Of a stretch of 64,000 nucleotides of DNA, positions 1 to 12,720 are shown piece after piece (position 1 is the stretch's first letter; each line of letters opens with the position of its first letter). A program made the position numbers and the translations under genes. The notes under the pieces are model-generated. The model saw only the letters and a program-made list of their open reading frames with translations. It was not told the origin of the DNA and did not search any database. Origin of the DNA: Octopus bimaculoides (Eukaryota); the NCBI RefSeq assembly GCF_001194135.2, contig NC_068981.1, positions 103,655,894-103,719,893 of the forward strand, read 5' to 3'.

Positions 1-33
1 AGACGGCGTTTTTAGATTTCATTATTCTCTTTA

Positions 34-63
34 ACCCGGGCAAAGTCGGGTATTTCTGCTAGT
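34..63 (+). mobile_element. Helitron 3' terminus (subterminal hairpin + CTAG, followed by T)
   Basis: acccgggcaaagtcgggt GC-rich hairpin (acccg/cgggt arms), then atttctg, then CTAG at 59-62 and T at 63; matches the canonical Helitron 3' end. Confidence 0.7.
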
Positions 64-257
64 ATATACATAAAAACGCATCCATAAAACAAACATACAA
101 ATCTGCGCATACACTAACACCAAATACTGCACACACACACATATGCACAAATACATAGATGATGTTGATAAAAGTTTCAATGAAGGAACTTTGAATCTAC
201 GTTAGAGTCCGGCTCTTTCTCTATTGACAAGAAATACAGAAATGAAACTGATTGATA

Positions 258-288
258 ACATACATGCATACATACATACATACATACA

Positions 289-318
<30 letters not shown>
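258..318. repeat. (ACAT)n microsatellite
   Basis: Direct tetranucleotide run. Confidence 0.95.
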
Positions 319-319
<1 letters not shown>

Positions 320-486
320 TTGTAAGCAGAACAGTAAAACTATGCAAGACTTTTCCCAGGTTTAAAGCGTGACCTTGTTTACGTTATCTGCATTCCAAAG
401 ATGGGTCTTTGTATCTTCGTTAGAAATCAGCTCCTCCTTCAGAGGAAGAATTTAAATGATTAAATATAGAAGAGACATACATACAT
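319..486 (+). mobile_element. 3' end of RLE-type non-LTR retrotransposon (family 1: last codons, 3'UTR, ACAT tail)
   Basis: Last codons FVSRTVKLCKTFPRFKA* resemble SVSGTEKICKTFLKSKM* at 9893-9950; 3'UTR cattccaaagatggg...cttcagaggaagaatt is shared with the reverse complement of 9780-9890; ends in acatacatacat. Confidence 0.75.
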
Positions 487-764
487 GTGTGCGCGCCAAA
501 TTCAGTCAGAAGGTATTGGTTGACCTGATGCTGTAGTAGAAGACACTTGCCCAAGGTACTGTGCAGTGGGACTGCACCCGAAGCCACGTGGCCGCATATC
601 GATATTCTTAACCACCCACCCATGCCTGCACCTAGATTTATGAATTCATGCATCAAAACTGAAATATATCGGTTATAAAGCGTGTGGTTTCTGCGATACC
701 ACTGATTATTCATGATACTAAAGAAGTCAGTAATTTATCGGGCGTGGCTGAGTGTAATGGTGCT

Positions 765-1162
765 CTTTTATTCTTTTACTCTTTTACTTGTTTCAGTCAT
801 CTGACTGTGGCCATGCTGGAGCACCACCTTTAGTCAAGCAAATCGACCCCAGAGCTTATTCTTTGTAAGCCTAGTACTTATTCTATCGGTCTCTTTTCCC
901 GAACCGCTATATTACGGGGACGTAAACACACCAGCATCGGTTGTGAAGCGATGGTGGGGGTGGACAAACAGACACACAAACACACACACATACATATATA
1001 TATACATATACGACGGGCTTCCTCCAGTTTCCGTCTACCAAATCCACTCACAAGGCTTTGGTCGGCCCGAGGCTATAGTAGAAGACACTTGCCCAAGGTG
1101 CCATGCAGTGGGACTGAACCCGGGACCATGTGGTTGGTAAGCAAGCTACTTACCACACAGCC
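765..1162 (-). mobile_element. tRNA-derived SINE family A (CORE-like ccttgggcaagtgtcttc segment), near full length
   Basis: Minus-strand head ggctgtgtggtaagtagcttgc...ggttcagtcc, central (TA/TG)n, tail ...aagtaaaagagtaaaag; near-identical copy at 34430-34885. Confidence 0.9.
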
Positions 1163-1171
1163 GTTACACGT

Positions 1172-1395
1172 AAGGGCACGTGGCCTAGCGGATAGGGTGT
1201 TGCACACATGATCATGAGATTGTGGTTTCAGTTCCTGGACCGGTTAGTATGTTGTGTTCTTGAGCAAAACACTTCATCTCATGCTGCTATGCGATCACTT
1301 TGACACCTGATATATGGTACTCTGTGAACCTGTTCAGCACATATATTTGGTCACTATAAACAAGTCATTTGTGAAGGTCGTTCAGTAGAAACTGA
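1172..1395 (+). mobile_element. tRNA-derived SINE (family C-like), decayed
   Basis: A-box-like tggcctagcgg, B-box-like ggtttcagttcc, then gtgttcttgagcaaaacacttc; related to 29175-29465 and 57680-57810. Confidence 0.65.
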
Positions 1396-1869
1396 AAACT
1401 CATACATCGTCTTTGACGAGAGATTCCTTCACTTAGTTGCAAATCCTTACATTCTGATGTGAAATACTTGGTCGACTTTCCATACTTCAGACTTTAATAA
1501 AATAAAAAGCCTTTGTTGTTGTTAACCAGGTCAGCTTTAATCATACAAACATATTATTTAAAATATTTCATCTGTGACCATCCCGTTTCAATTTTAGCAG
1601 AGTAACCACTTTTAGCAAGCAGTGTAACTACATTAACCAGTAAGCCGTTTTTTTCTTTCTAAAATAGTAGTAAGTTAGTTGAGAGAGAGGGGTGGGGATA
1701 GAATGAAGAGAGATGAAGAAAGAGATTTGCTTGCTATTTCTAGCAACGTCATATACTGGGGGCGATTCAGTTGACTATGTTTCTCCCCAGTATATTCAGG
1801 GAGATGTGCTATTGCAGAGGATTTGATATTCATAATATAAGCTAACTCAAGCTTTCTATAAAGTTAGTA

Positions 1870-1901
<32 letters not shown>

Positions 1902-1924
1902 AGTGTGATACAGAGAGATAGAAC

Positions 1925-2029
1925 TGACTTTGGTGGAATTGATACGGTATCGGATTAACGACCAAAGGGCCTGCAAACCAGTGTTATGATGCCTTTGAAC
2001 ATCACACGAAACATGGGACTACAAGAAGA
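1925..2029 (+). repeat. 105-bp dispersed repeat, inverted copy at 7220-7324
   Basis: Manual alignment: 96/105 identical to the reverse complement of 7220-7324. Confidence 0.9.
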
Positions 2030-2879
2030 AACCAATGAAATCAGTGCTTCGTTCAAATCTTATCGTGAACATAACTAAGCAAGCCAGCAACCTAACAGAA
2101 GTCAAGGGAGGTAATACTTTTTAATAGATGAATCTGATGTGTAAAAATTAAGTAATATTATCGGGCTACTGTTAGATAAATCATATACGATTTTGACAGG
2201 GAAAATCGATTTTATTTTTGTGAGATTAGTATGATACTAGATTCCAATACGAATTTAGTCAATACCTCCCTTATCAGCCATTAAATAAATAGATAAATAA
2301 AGCGTAAGAGAATTGCATTCCATGGTTGTATGACACCAGAGTTTCGACAGAATTTACTGGATAGTCGATAAAATGGTAAATTTAAGACTAAGATGGACGA
2401 ATTCAATATCGACTTACCTTTTCCCAGCTTCAAGAGAGAAGGATGTTGAAAACAGTCCCCAGTAACAATATAATTATCTATTCGTTGTTATATTGATCTT
2501 GATCCGCATCAATTTTACTCAGATTTCAAGCAACCTTATCCTTTACATCAATTCTGGGTCAATTTTGAGTTAATTTGAAATCAGATAACCGGAGGAATTT
2601 GCGAATTAGTTAAGTCCCTTAACAACGTAGCAATTTTGTACAAAATAATTTCGACATATATCGATAGGAGTTGTTAGACTACTTATTAACAATGAATATG
2701 TGTACTTTAAGAAAATAAACCGTTGCAATGAAGTATGTGAAATACTCCATCACACACACCTATTTAGAAGAAAAACCTATCTGTAGAAAATGGAAATCTT
2801 TTATGGCACAAACAGTTTCGGTTTATCGGATTAATTTAATCGTAATAAAATAATGACTTGTGATTTAGAAATAAAATCG

Positions 2880-3335
2880 GTTACTTTGGGAGGAGGGAGT
2901 TAGTCGATTACATCAAACCTAGCACTTGACTGGTACTTTATTTTATCGACCCTGGCGGGATGAAAGGCAGAGTTGATTTCGGTGGATTTGAACTCAATAC
3001 AAAGACCCGGAACACAGCATTTTCCCGATATTCTAATGATTTTGTCAGCTCACTTCCCTAATTGTAATAAAATAATGTTTTCTATTCACCGGATGCGATG
3101 ATGGCATTTGTACAGAAATAATGGTTTCAAATTTTAGCACAAGGCCAGCAATATTTTAGTGAGAGTGGGAAAGTCTATTACACCCACTTCAGTGCTCCAC
3201 TGGTATTTATTTTATCAACTGCGAAAGAATAAAAGGCTGAGTCCCTCGGTAGAATTTGAAATCGGAACGTAGAGAGGCGGGAAAATGCTTCAAAACATTC
3301 GACGCCCAAAACGATTCTCCTAGCTCACCGTCCTC
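2880..3335 (-). mobile_element. Two tandem decayed family B SINEs
   Basis: Motif ggtactttattttatcgacc...gaaaggcagagttgatttcggtggatttgaactc seen twice; reverse complement of the family B central domain. Confidence 0.75.
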
Positions 3336-5019
3336 CTGTAGAGAAATAATTATGGCGAATTTAATAAATACCAGAAGAATATTGGTATTTATTGATATGA
3401 CATTGAAAAAGTGAAAAGCAACAACTAAGTTCAAACTCGATGTCTTGAATTCAGAACATTAAGAGACGAAATAAATAGTATTTGGTGAACATTCAATAAT
3501 TTCACCTGCTATTTCAACCAAACAACTAGCTTTAACTTCTGCAAAATATGACGATTATAAAATCTGAAATTTTGAAAACATTTTCATCGATGATCCACTA
3601 TATTCCTGGCCGTAATTGCTAACACAATCTAAAGAACTAATGAATTAGTTTTCTTCCACTGAAGAATTTAAAAAGGAATTATTTAAACACGTTACTATGA
3701 GATTATGTGTTGTTTCTTTGTGAGTGAATATAATATATATCTTTCAATTCTGGAATACTTTTACAGAGACATTGCATATGCACATCGTGATAAGTTTCTA
3801 TTTGCATGATTTCCTTGTAAAATATGGCATTTATTCGTGTGTTAATATTCATACAATCAAGGTTTAATATTAGCACTTTAAATAACCTACACATTACAAT
3901 AACAATGAGTCACTGTCCCCAAATAATACTGCTCTGATTACTATTGTGTACATCCTTTAGAAAAAGGAAATGTTTTCTTGTAAATTTATTGATTTAGTCT
4001 TCGATCGTATCTGCGTTCGTGCTTATTTTATACATACGCTTTAAGCACGAGAATCTAAGGATCAACTTAAAATTCCCTTGTTAATTAAATTCCTTGATAA
4101 CGTTGCTGCATATTTGCAATCTTCGAAATCCTCGCGTGTGGCAGCGTTTATTTCTCCTTCATTATCATATTTAACAATCATTGACTGAAATAAAGAGGAA
4201 TCGATTAATGTTTTCACACTTTCCGGGAACGATATATCCAGTCACCGCTGTGTCTTCTTAATCAGTTTTCATAGTATTTATCTGCGCTTCATTTGAGAGA
4301 AGACTCGATTAACGTTTATACTATGCTACATATATATAAAGGACTCAGCTGGCAAAGTTGGCATAGTTAACAGTGTCAATCAGACAGCCTGTTGAAAGAC
4401 CGAGCATTCGTAATTTGTCATAGGCACTGCATTATATTAATTAACTCTCAAACAACCGACTCTAAATAATAGTGAGTCAACTTGCAATGATGAATATGAC
4501 TCAAATCTTCACACCATGAAGACTAGCCATAGACTGAGTCGTCTCTCAACGGTTTAACATCTCAGAAGCGCGACTACATCAGGAGAAAGCAAGTAAATGA
4601 GGAAGCACTCTAGTGAAAACTACTACATGAAAACTTGATTTTCCCCAGATCAACTCTACAAGAGCAGATTTATAGCATGTGTACAGTCGGCCTCGAACGA
4701 CGAGGCGGCGTAACTCACAGATCTGTTATCCCATTATACTATGCTTCCACTTAGCTGACATCTATACAGCACGTTTCATTATGCAGTTATATATCCATAC
4801 AGGTATAGTGTTTCAGTCTATTTTGTGATAGGTACTACCAGAAAGGCGGACAATGTGAACTCAGCCTAAGTACATTACTTGTTGTTCTGTTCCAGCGAAA
4901 GCGTTTCCACCCGTTTCCTCAACCCGCTAAATTAAGCAGCTAAATATGTTTCAAATTTTACGCCAAACGAAGAAATCTCTAAATAGCCGATCGGCTTAAC
5001 ATCTAAATCTCCTTTGAGT

Positions 5020-5160
5020 CATCCCCCACAGCCTTAAATAAAGAAAGGTTAGTTTGGCTAATGTAGTCCTCCTTTACAAAAAATGGGATGGCTATGAATG
5101 GAATGTCGTTGATTATAGATCTTCTTGATCAGAGATATCTTAGGGAAACAACAAATGCTA
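5020..5160 (+). mobile_element. Old interspersed repeat (family D, (CAA)n-type tail)
   Basis: Motifs ...ggctaatgtagtcct...gggatggctatgaatggaatg...aacaac recur decayed near 1540-1750(-), 42610-42730, 50200-50345, 51680-51770 and 54480-54640. Confidence 0.5.
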
Positions 5161-6289
5161 CATTATCATATTAAAAAACGAATAGATACACTGGATAAGA
5201 TAGTCTGGAATATGTCACAAAAGAAAACAAGAAGGCCATTACTTGAATGAGAGTCGAAACATGTAATTTAGATATACAGAAATATAAAGAGTCGACCTTC
5301 AGTGTTATCCCAACAGTTCGAAATACGTTACTTGATGACATGAAACCATATTTTACATTAATACAAGGTTTCATACTTATGTAAGATAAATAAAACCATG
5401 CAACATTAAGTCTTTTCTTTTAGGAATGAGCGACACAAGGAAAAATTTAAAAAATAAATCACTGAACTACAACAGCCAAACTGGATCATATAAACAGGTG
5501 ACTGGACGTTATACTCCCTACTCAATAACATTAAACTGCTATAGTGCTATAATACTTCGAGAAAAGTACTATTTAACATACAAACAGTTACTTGATTGCA
5601 CTGTAACGCTTAACGTTATATTATTAGAGGTGTGTATAAGTACACTTGATCAGAAAAGTGAGTAAAGATAATGTAATAATAAAAACTACAAATCTTGTTA
5701 AACCATCGACGGACGAGCCGAGTGATCCCCCGTCCAGGGTTTCGGTGCTGCTACTTGCTTCTACTACTGATCCGCTACTGCCGCTCTATCGTTCATATTG
5801 TCTTCTTTAGTAGACCCGAGGCTATAGGAGAATACACTTACCCAAAGTGACAAGTAGTGGGACTGAAGTAAGCTTTTTACCACACAGCCACGTCTGCCCC
5901 TATTATTATTCTTTTATCTTTTTAAAGAAATAAATCCTGTAGGAATGAGATGTTTTCTCTACTAATGTTTTCGTTACTAGCGCACATACTAAATAAATTA
6001 CAGGTGTGCTGTACAACAGAAGTACTATGTCGGTGACCACTGTGCAAATTATGTATGCAGAAGATAAAGAACTTGCTTGGTTTGTAACTAATTTATATTA
6101 TATACGCTGATAACGTGGTTAATTAATAATGCACGATGCAAGCGTTTCTTTCTCTTTTTCTGTAAACGGCCATTGACATCAGAAATTAAATCGAAACTGA
6201 GACATCTGATATACACCAGATATGTAAAAGATAAACACGTCATAATGGACTCATCGCAAAAGCTGGAAAGCAACCCTGCAAATGCATGG

Positions 6290-6590
6290 CTGTGTAGTTA
6301 AGAATAGGTGCAAACGTGGTTGTGTGGTTAAGAAGCTCACTTGGTTTCGAGTTCAGTCCCAGTGCGTGGAAGTTTAGACAGGTATCTTCTACTGTATCCC
6401 CGTGCTAACCAATGTCTTGTGTGTAGACAAAAACGGTGGAGAAGCCCCTTGTATAAGTGCACGAGTATGTCTGCGTGTGTATGTTTGTACATGTGTTTAT
6501 GCGTGTGTTCTCCCTATACCGCTTGACATTCGGTTTTGGTTTGTTTACGTCCCTATAATACAGTGGTTCAGCAAAAGGACGTCCATTTAC
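6290..6590 (+). mobile_element. Family A SINE, decayed
   Basis: gtggttgtgtggttaagaagctc...ggtttcgagttcagtccc head; ttggtttgtttacgtccc 3' part. Confidence 0.75.
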
Positions 6591-6600
6591 ACCAAAGATA

Positions 6601-7078
6601 CTGTGTAACAATTTCTTTTTTGTCTTTGGTCAGTATGTGTTACTTCACATTTGCTTCTATCTAGAAATCAAAGGAAATGACTACTATTTCCTTTAAACTT
6701 TGATTTTGTGACCTGAACAGCAACGTATTGAAACTGACCTATTTTCCATTACATTTCAGATAAATTCAGCGCTGAATTGTTGAAGCAGAAATATCGTTAT
6801 AGCAAATACTCTGCTCAACACCACAGATTTGCTTGTTAGTTGCTTGACCCTAATCACTTGAGCATGTCTCTTAGTGACTGAAAATATGTGCATGTCTGAT
6901 CATGAGCAAGAGTAGTAGAGGAGCGTTATAGCTAAGAGTTGAGAGGGATTCTTTAGGGTTTGAATAAATGTAACAAAAGCAAAGTTTGAAAGAAACATTA
7001 GTCATTTTTCGTACTTTCTAAAGGTAGGCAAAGAGGAAATAACAGTTGCTATCCAAGGACAAAATTCGTGTTCCACAG
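6601..7078. mobile_element. Non-autonomous DNA transposon (MITE, about 480 bp, CTGTG...CACAG ends, TA flanks; Tc1/mariner-like)
   Basis: Imperfect TIR ctgtgtaacaatttc...tttgg / ccaaggacaaaattcgtgttccacag; second full copy at 39312-39791. Confidence 0.8.
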
Positions 7079-7219
7079 TGTAATTGCATGTACTTATATG
7101 GAGCCCGCATGTCAATGGTAAATCGCTAATTTGAAGTTGACTCAACCTTCTTATTAAGTTAGTAGTAAAGCTAGAGCTGGCTTACTCACGATAAGATTTG
7201 GTTAAAGAGATATGTTGTA

Positions 7220-7324
7220 TCTTCTTGTAGTCCCATGTTTCATGTCATGTTCAAAGACATCATAACACCGGTTTGTAGACACTTCGGTCGTTAATCTGAT
7301 ACCGTATCAATTCCACCAAAGTCA
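7220..7324 (-). repeat. 105-bp dispersed repeat, inverted copy of 1925-2029
   Basis: 96/105 identity by manual alignment. Confidence 0.9.
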
Positions 7325-8008
7325 AACGACGCACTAGCTAAATAAGTTATAATACAACGAATACTGCATAAAAGAATTCGACAAAATAGAACAACAACGA
7401 TTATTCACACAAACTAATAAGCTAAAATATATAACACAGGCAACAAATATATCTAGAAAAGCACAACTTAAAAATACTTGAACCACGTATAAAGTGCATT
7501 ATATGGAACAAATACATACTAACTAGAAAATCGAACACATTGTCAAAAAAAAAACTTTCTAAAACAGAACAGAAATGTATTATATTAAACTATAAACTAA
7601 AACTACTAATATACTACAAAATTAAAAACGTTTTATAAATAATCACAGACATGTAAGCAAGCTACTAAAACCAGTGTAACTTATAAATTTTCTTTTAAAA
7701 GTGAAATCTGTAAACTTCACGACTCCAGCTTTGAAATTGACTGTACAAGAACGACACACTCTCCACGGTTCGTCACCCACAATATGAAGGAATTGCGATT
7801 TACTACACCGAGCAACACGAAACAAAACTAAACAAGAAAACACTGGTGGAGACAACACTTCAATAGTCTGCAGAATTTTCCATGAATATTGACCATTAAT
7901 GTTGGAAGCAAAATTCCTAATACAACATATAACTGAGATATACTCAGACAACATACGCCTAATTGATGTATAAATGCAACGGTTGAAAATCAAATTCCGT
8001 CATCACCA

Positions 8009-8011
<3 letters not shown>

Positions 8012-8098
<87 letters not shown>
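8012..8098. repeat. (TG)n microsatellite
   Basis: Direct dinucleotide run. Confidence 0.97.
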
Positions 8099-8099
<1 letters not shown>

Positions 8100-8101
<2 letters not shown>

Positions 8102-8475
8102 TTTTATCCTTTACTTTTCTCAGCCATTAGACTACGACCATTTTGGGGCACCGCCGTGGAGAATTTTAGTCGAATGAATCTACCTCAGTACTTATTTTCT
8201 ATAAACCTGATAATTATTCTCTTTCTACCGAACCGTTAGGTTACGGGGGCGCAAACACACCAACAAAGGATGACAAGTGGTGATGGGATACAAACACTAA
8301 CACACACACACACACACACACATACGACAGGCTTCTGTCATGTTCCGTCAACCAAATCCACTCACGAGGCTTTGGACACCTTAAGGCTATAGTAGGAGAC
8401 ATTTGTCCGGGGCTCTACGCAGTGGGACTGAACCCAGAACCATGTAACTGGGAAGTAACTTCTTGTCACACACCC
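8100..8475 (-). mobile_element. Family A SINE, decayed
   Basis: ccaaatccactcacgaggctttgg...aggctatagtaggagacattt...gcagtgggactgaacccagaaccatg. Confidence 0.8.
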
Positions 8476-9393
8476 ATACATATACATACACACATACACG
8501 CACGTTCGCGTGAATAATGCACTGTTCTGTTATTTGTAGGTTCAACATAAAAATACTCCATCCAGTGAGAGATAAATATCATTTAATGTATACAGGATAT
8601 AAATTCGAGCACCATAGGTTTCATGAACGATTACCTGGAAACACATAGAACGCATGCAAGCTTGTCAGGCAATTATGTTTTCACAGTATAAAACTAATAA
8701 CAGCTCGAATTTAACGTATATGTATCACGAATTATGTATGTATGTATGTATGTATGTATGTATGTATGTATGCATATGGTTAATTGTGAGAGGGAGTAGG
8801 GTAGAGATATCGGTTTTATAGGGGTACTATGTGTGGAGACAGTGGGAATGAATATAAGTTATTCCGAAAAATTAACGGATTTAAAATTAATATGGATGGT
8901 TGCAATCAGATGAACGGTTGAGGAAATGTTCAAACTGGCATCTGATATTAGCTGTGCAGATTTTTAACTGAGAAATCTAGAAACTAATTAATTAAAACAG
9001 CTGGATACGCATTATTGGCGTACATTATTAGAGAACCGATGTTTTGTTTAGACAGATTAGACAAATGTATTACTTGTAACAAATGATATTTAAGATGCGC
9101 GAATTAATCAGTCAAGCCAGTACGAACAGATATACAAACAGATATACGCGTGTGAAGCCAATTAAGAAGCTACTGCAAGCATCTCGACGGCTGTGCATAG
9201 ATTAAAATGAGCACACACACACGTACAAGCACACACATTTACAACCCTATGTAAAGTAGTGAGAATCCGTGGAAAATCTACAGGCGATAAACGTCTAGAT
9301 TTAACGCTAACTTGTGGCAATAACTGGATCTAAATGGATTAAATGAATAAAATACTTCTTTACCATTTAATAAACAATAAAATCTACGATCAC

Positions 9394-9451
<58 letters not shown>

Positions 9452-9702
9452 NNNNNNNNNNNNNNNNNNNNNNNNNNNNNNNNNNNNNNNNNNNNNNNNN
9501 NNNNNNNNNNNNNNNNNNNNNNNNNNNNNNNNNNNNNNNNNNNNNNNNNNNNNNNNNNNNNNNNNNNNNNNNNNNNNNNNNNNNNNNNNNNNNNNNNNNN
9601 NNNNNNNNNNNNNNNNNNNNNNNNNNNNNNNNNNNNNNNNNNNNNNNNNNNNNNNNNNNNNNNNNNNNNNNNNNNNNNNNNNNNNNNNNNNNNNNNNNNN
9701 NN

Positions 9703-9744
<42 letters not shown>

Positions 9745-9780
9745 CTGTGTGTGTGTGTGTGTATTTGTATATGTGTGTAT

Positions 9781-10444
9781 ATGTGTGTTTCTCCTCTCTT
9801 CTTAATTATTCGAATTCTTCCTCTGAAGAAACAGTTGGTTTCTATCAAAGATATAAAGCCCCATCTTTGGAATGTAGATAACAAAAACAATGTCACATTT
9901 TAGACTTGAGAAAAGTCTTGCATATTTTTTCTGTTCCACTTACAGATTTTATTTGTAATATGCGAATAAGCTGGTTGATTTCTTTTTCTGAAAATCCAAG
10001 CTTATCCAGGCTGACAGTTAAGCATTTACTTACAAAACTAAGTGCTCCAATTATTTGGGGTACAAATTTAAATTTGTAATTTGGATTTAGAGGCAAGAAA
10101 GTTCGAAGCAGTTGTCCATAGTTATCTTCTTTCTCATTGACTTTCAAAGAGATATTCACATCAGCAGGACAGCTGACCTCTTTGACAGTGCATACTTTTT
10201 CTGGTCTGTCCCAAACAACAATATCCGGCCTGTTATGCTTACGCTTGACAGATGTTTTGATGGGAATATTCCACCAATATTCCCTGTGCTGATATTTGTG
10301 TACATATTCAGTAACAGGGAGATTGTCTGTATTTGTTCCAGGACAGTCTTTTTTTTACCGAATGGCCTTGAATATTGTTTTTGCGACAATGTCATGTCGC
10401 ATAGGAAGGTAGTTCTTTTATTACATTTGGGTGCAGCTGCTAAT
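9781..10444 (-). mobile_element. 5'-truncated RLE non-LTR retrotransposon (family 1, copy B), pseudogenised
   Basis: Decayed CCHC-knuckle end (ISSC..M..YLPMRHDI), RLE-domain end EKEDNYGQLLRTFLPLNPNYKFKFVPQIIGALSFV...KICKTFLKSKM*, and 3'UTR. Confidence 0.85.
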
Positions 10445-11352
10445 GTATGTATGTGTCTCTTCTGTTTTTTAATTATTATAAATATTCTACTGAGGAGGGA
10501 GCCGGTTTCCAACAAAGATACAAGGCTCCATCTTTGGGATGTAGTTAATAGTTAACACAGGTAAATTCATGTTTAGGACTTGAGAAAAGTGTTGCATATT
10601 TTTACTGTTCCACTTACAGATTGCACTTGTAATGAGCGAATTAGCCGGTCGATTTCCCAGTTTATCCAGATTCTCCTTTAAACATTTACTAACAAAACCT
10701 AATGCTCCAATTAGTATTGGTATGACTATGAATTCATAGTCTGGATATAAAAGCTGGAGGTTTCGAAGCAGTTGTCCATAGATAACCTCTTTTTCTTTGA
10801 TTTTCAAAGAGTTATTTATATCTGCAGGGCATCTGACCTCTATGCTGGTACATACCTTTGCCCCTCTGTCCCAAACAACAATATTGCGGCCTGTAATGTT
10901 TACATTTGACAGAAGTTTTGATGGGAATATTCTACCAGTATTCCTTGAGTTGGTGTTTATGAATGTATTCTATAACAGAGGGATATTCTAAGTTTATTTC
11001 AGGACAGTCTTTTTTGTGGATGGCATTGTAAATTGTTTTAACTACAACATCGTGCGGCATAGGGAGGTAGTACCGCGACGATATTTTAGGACAGCTGCTA
11101 ATCACATACGTGATGTGTTCCACAGAAACATGATATAGCCTACACATGCGGTTGCATGTGTAGGCTATGAGATTACAAGAGTGTCACTGTCTCTCTTGTT
11201 CACCAGGTACTTTGTGTTCAATCCTGTTCCTGGATTGAAAACGCATAGCCCTCAAAGTGTGATGTGATGTAGTGCTCTTGTGTCTTGCGCTTCGTGTCAA
11301 TTTTACTGTCTTCTTCAAGCTTCCGGGCAACATACCCACGCATAGTCTTTTT
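10445..11352 (-). mobile_element. 5'-truncated RLE non-LTR retrotransposon (family 1, copy A), pseudogenised
   Basis: TSHFEGYAFSIQEQ, CRLYHVSVEHITYVISSCPKISSRYYLPMPHDVV (CCHC knuckle), KEKEVIYGQLLRNLQLLYPDYEFIVIPILIGALG (RLE); 3'UTR ending in acacatacatac. Confidence 0.88.
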
Positions 11353-11600
11353 TGTATGTATGTACGTATGTATGTATGTATGTATGTGTGTGAGTATGTA
11401 TGTATGTGTGTGTTTGTGTGTATGTGTGTGATTTGTGTATGTATTTGTCCCCCACCACCACTTGATAGCCGGTGTTGGTTTGTTTACGTTCCCGTAATTT
11501 AGTTATTCTGAGTTTAAAAAAATAAATACCTCGGTTGATTTCTTCGACTAAGCCCTACAAATCGGTACCCCAGCATGGTCGCAGTCCAATGACTAAATAC
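11353..11600 (+). mobile_element. Family A SINE 3' half beginning in its (TATG)n tract
   Basis: tttgtcccccaccaccacttgatagccggtgttggtttgtttacgttccc...cccagcatggtcgcagtccaatgact. Confidence 0.8.
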
Positions 11601-12720
11601 ATACATACAAATATGTATGTATGTATGCATGCATGCATGTATGTATGTATGTATGTATGTATGTATGTATGTGTGTGCGTGCGTGTATGTATGTATGTAT
11701 TATGTATGTATGTATGTATGTATGTGGACAGCTAAAATTATGTACATTTCTACTTCGTATTCTGCTACTTAAGTGATCTGCTGTCTTTCAATAAAATACA
11801 AAGATCGCATAGATAATGCATCTTCTTGCCTTTGATGCAAATATCAGTGAGATAGACAATCAGAGAGAAAGAAAAAGAGAAAGAAAGATAAGGAGAAAGA
11901 GAATGAGAGAGAGATGCTGCCAATTATGTTAGTAGATAAATAAATGCAAAGTAATATTTATCTATATGGAATGACATCAAAGCCAAGGACAGCGTGTGTA
12001 TGTATTTGAGTGCACTTATATAGTAAGTAAATTAGAAAGCGAAGTGAAAGTTTATAAAGGAACAGAATAAAGTGATAGGGATATACATATATATATTTGC
12101 ATATGTTTGTATCTATTTGTGCGTGTTGTGTGTGTGTGTGTACACGTACATATACTCACACATACTCAATGGTAGACAACAACGTGCTGCTGAAGAAAGA
12201 AAATCAGTGATACAGGAGAAAAGAAAAGGAAGTTACTATCAATCTATCTTTCATCTTTACTCTTTTCTCTTTTATCCTAGATTTTATCTTTCATTCTGGA
12301 CTATCTACACCAGTTTGTACCTTCACTTCTCTATAATCCTGACCGACATATTGTCTCCACAAACATTTTGATATCGTTCTACGAGCAGCCTTCTGCTTTT
12401 CGTCTCCTATCACAATCGTCTGATTAACTCTAAATTAAAGAACCCATTTCATATCTTTCTATTGCACAATAACCCTCTTCTTGTAAGTTAAGAATATTAC
12501 TTAAGTCTGCTAACTTATCAGAGTTCCTAAAACTCTACGCTTGATATTCAACGCGAGCAATGTGCTTTACCTGTCAAAGAAAACTAAACAAATCGTAAAC
12601 TGGGACACATTTAGCTAGCTCTATAACACACGCAGGACGACAATCAAGAAAGCAATGGATACATTCGTACCATGCACGGTATTAAACCTTCTTTATCTTC
12701 CAAATTGCAGTTGAACCTTC

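Noticed and set aside
2418-2480. AAG|gtaagt donor on the minus strand
   Set aside because: No good acceptor with an open frame upstream; such donors occur often by chance.
4480-4720. SSLNGLTSQKR resembling an RTE C-terminal motif
   Set aside because: Too short and degenerate to support.
7641-7995. 116-aa minus ORF and a possible GIY-YIG or zinc-finger fragment (LMYKCNG)
   Set aside because: No consistent motif spacing in any frame; cannot be assigned.
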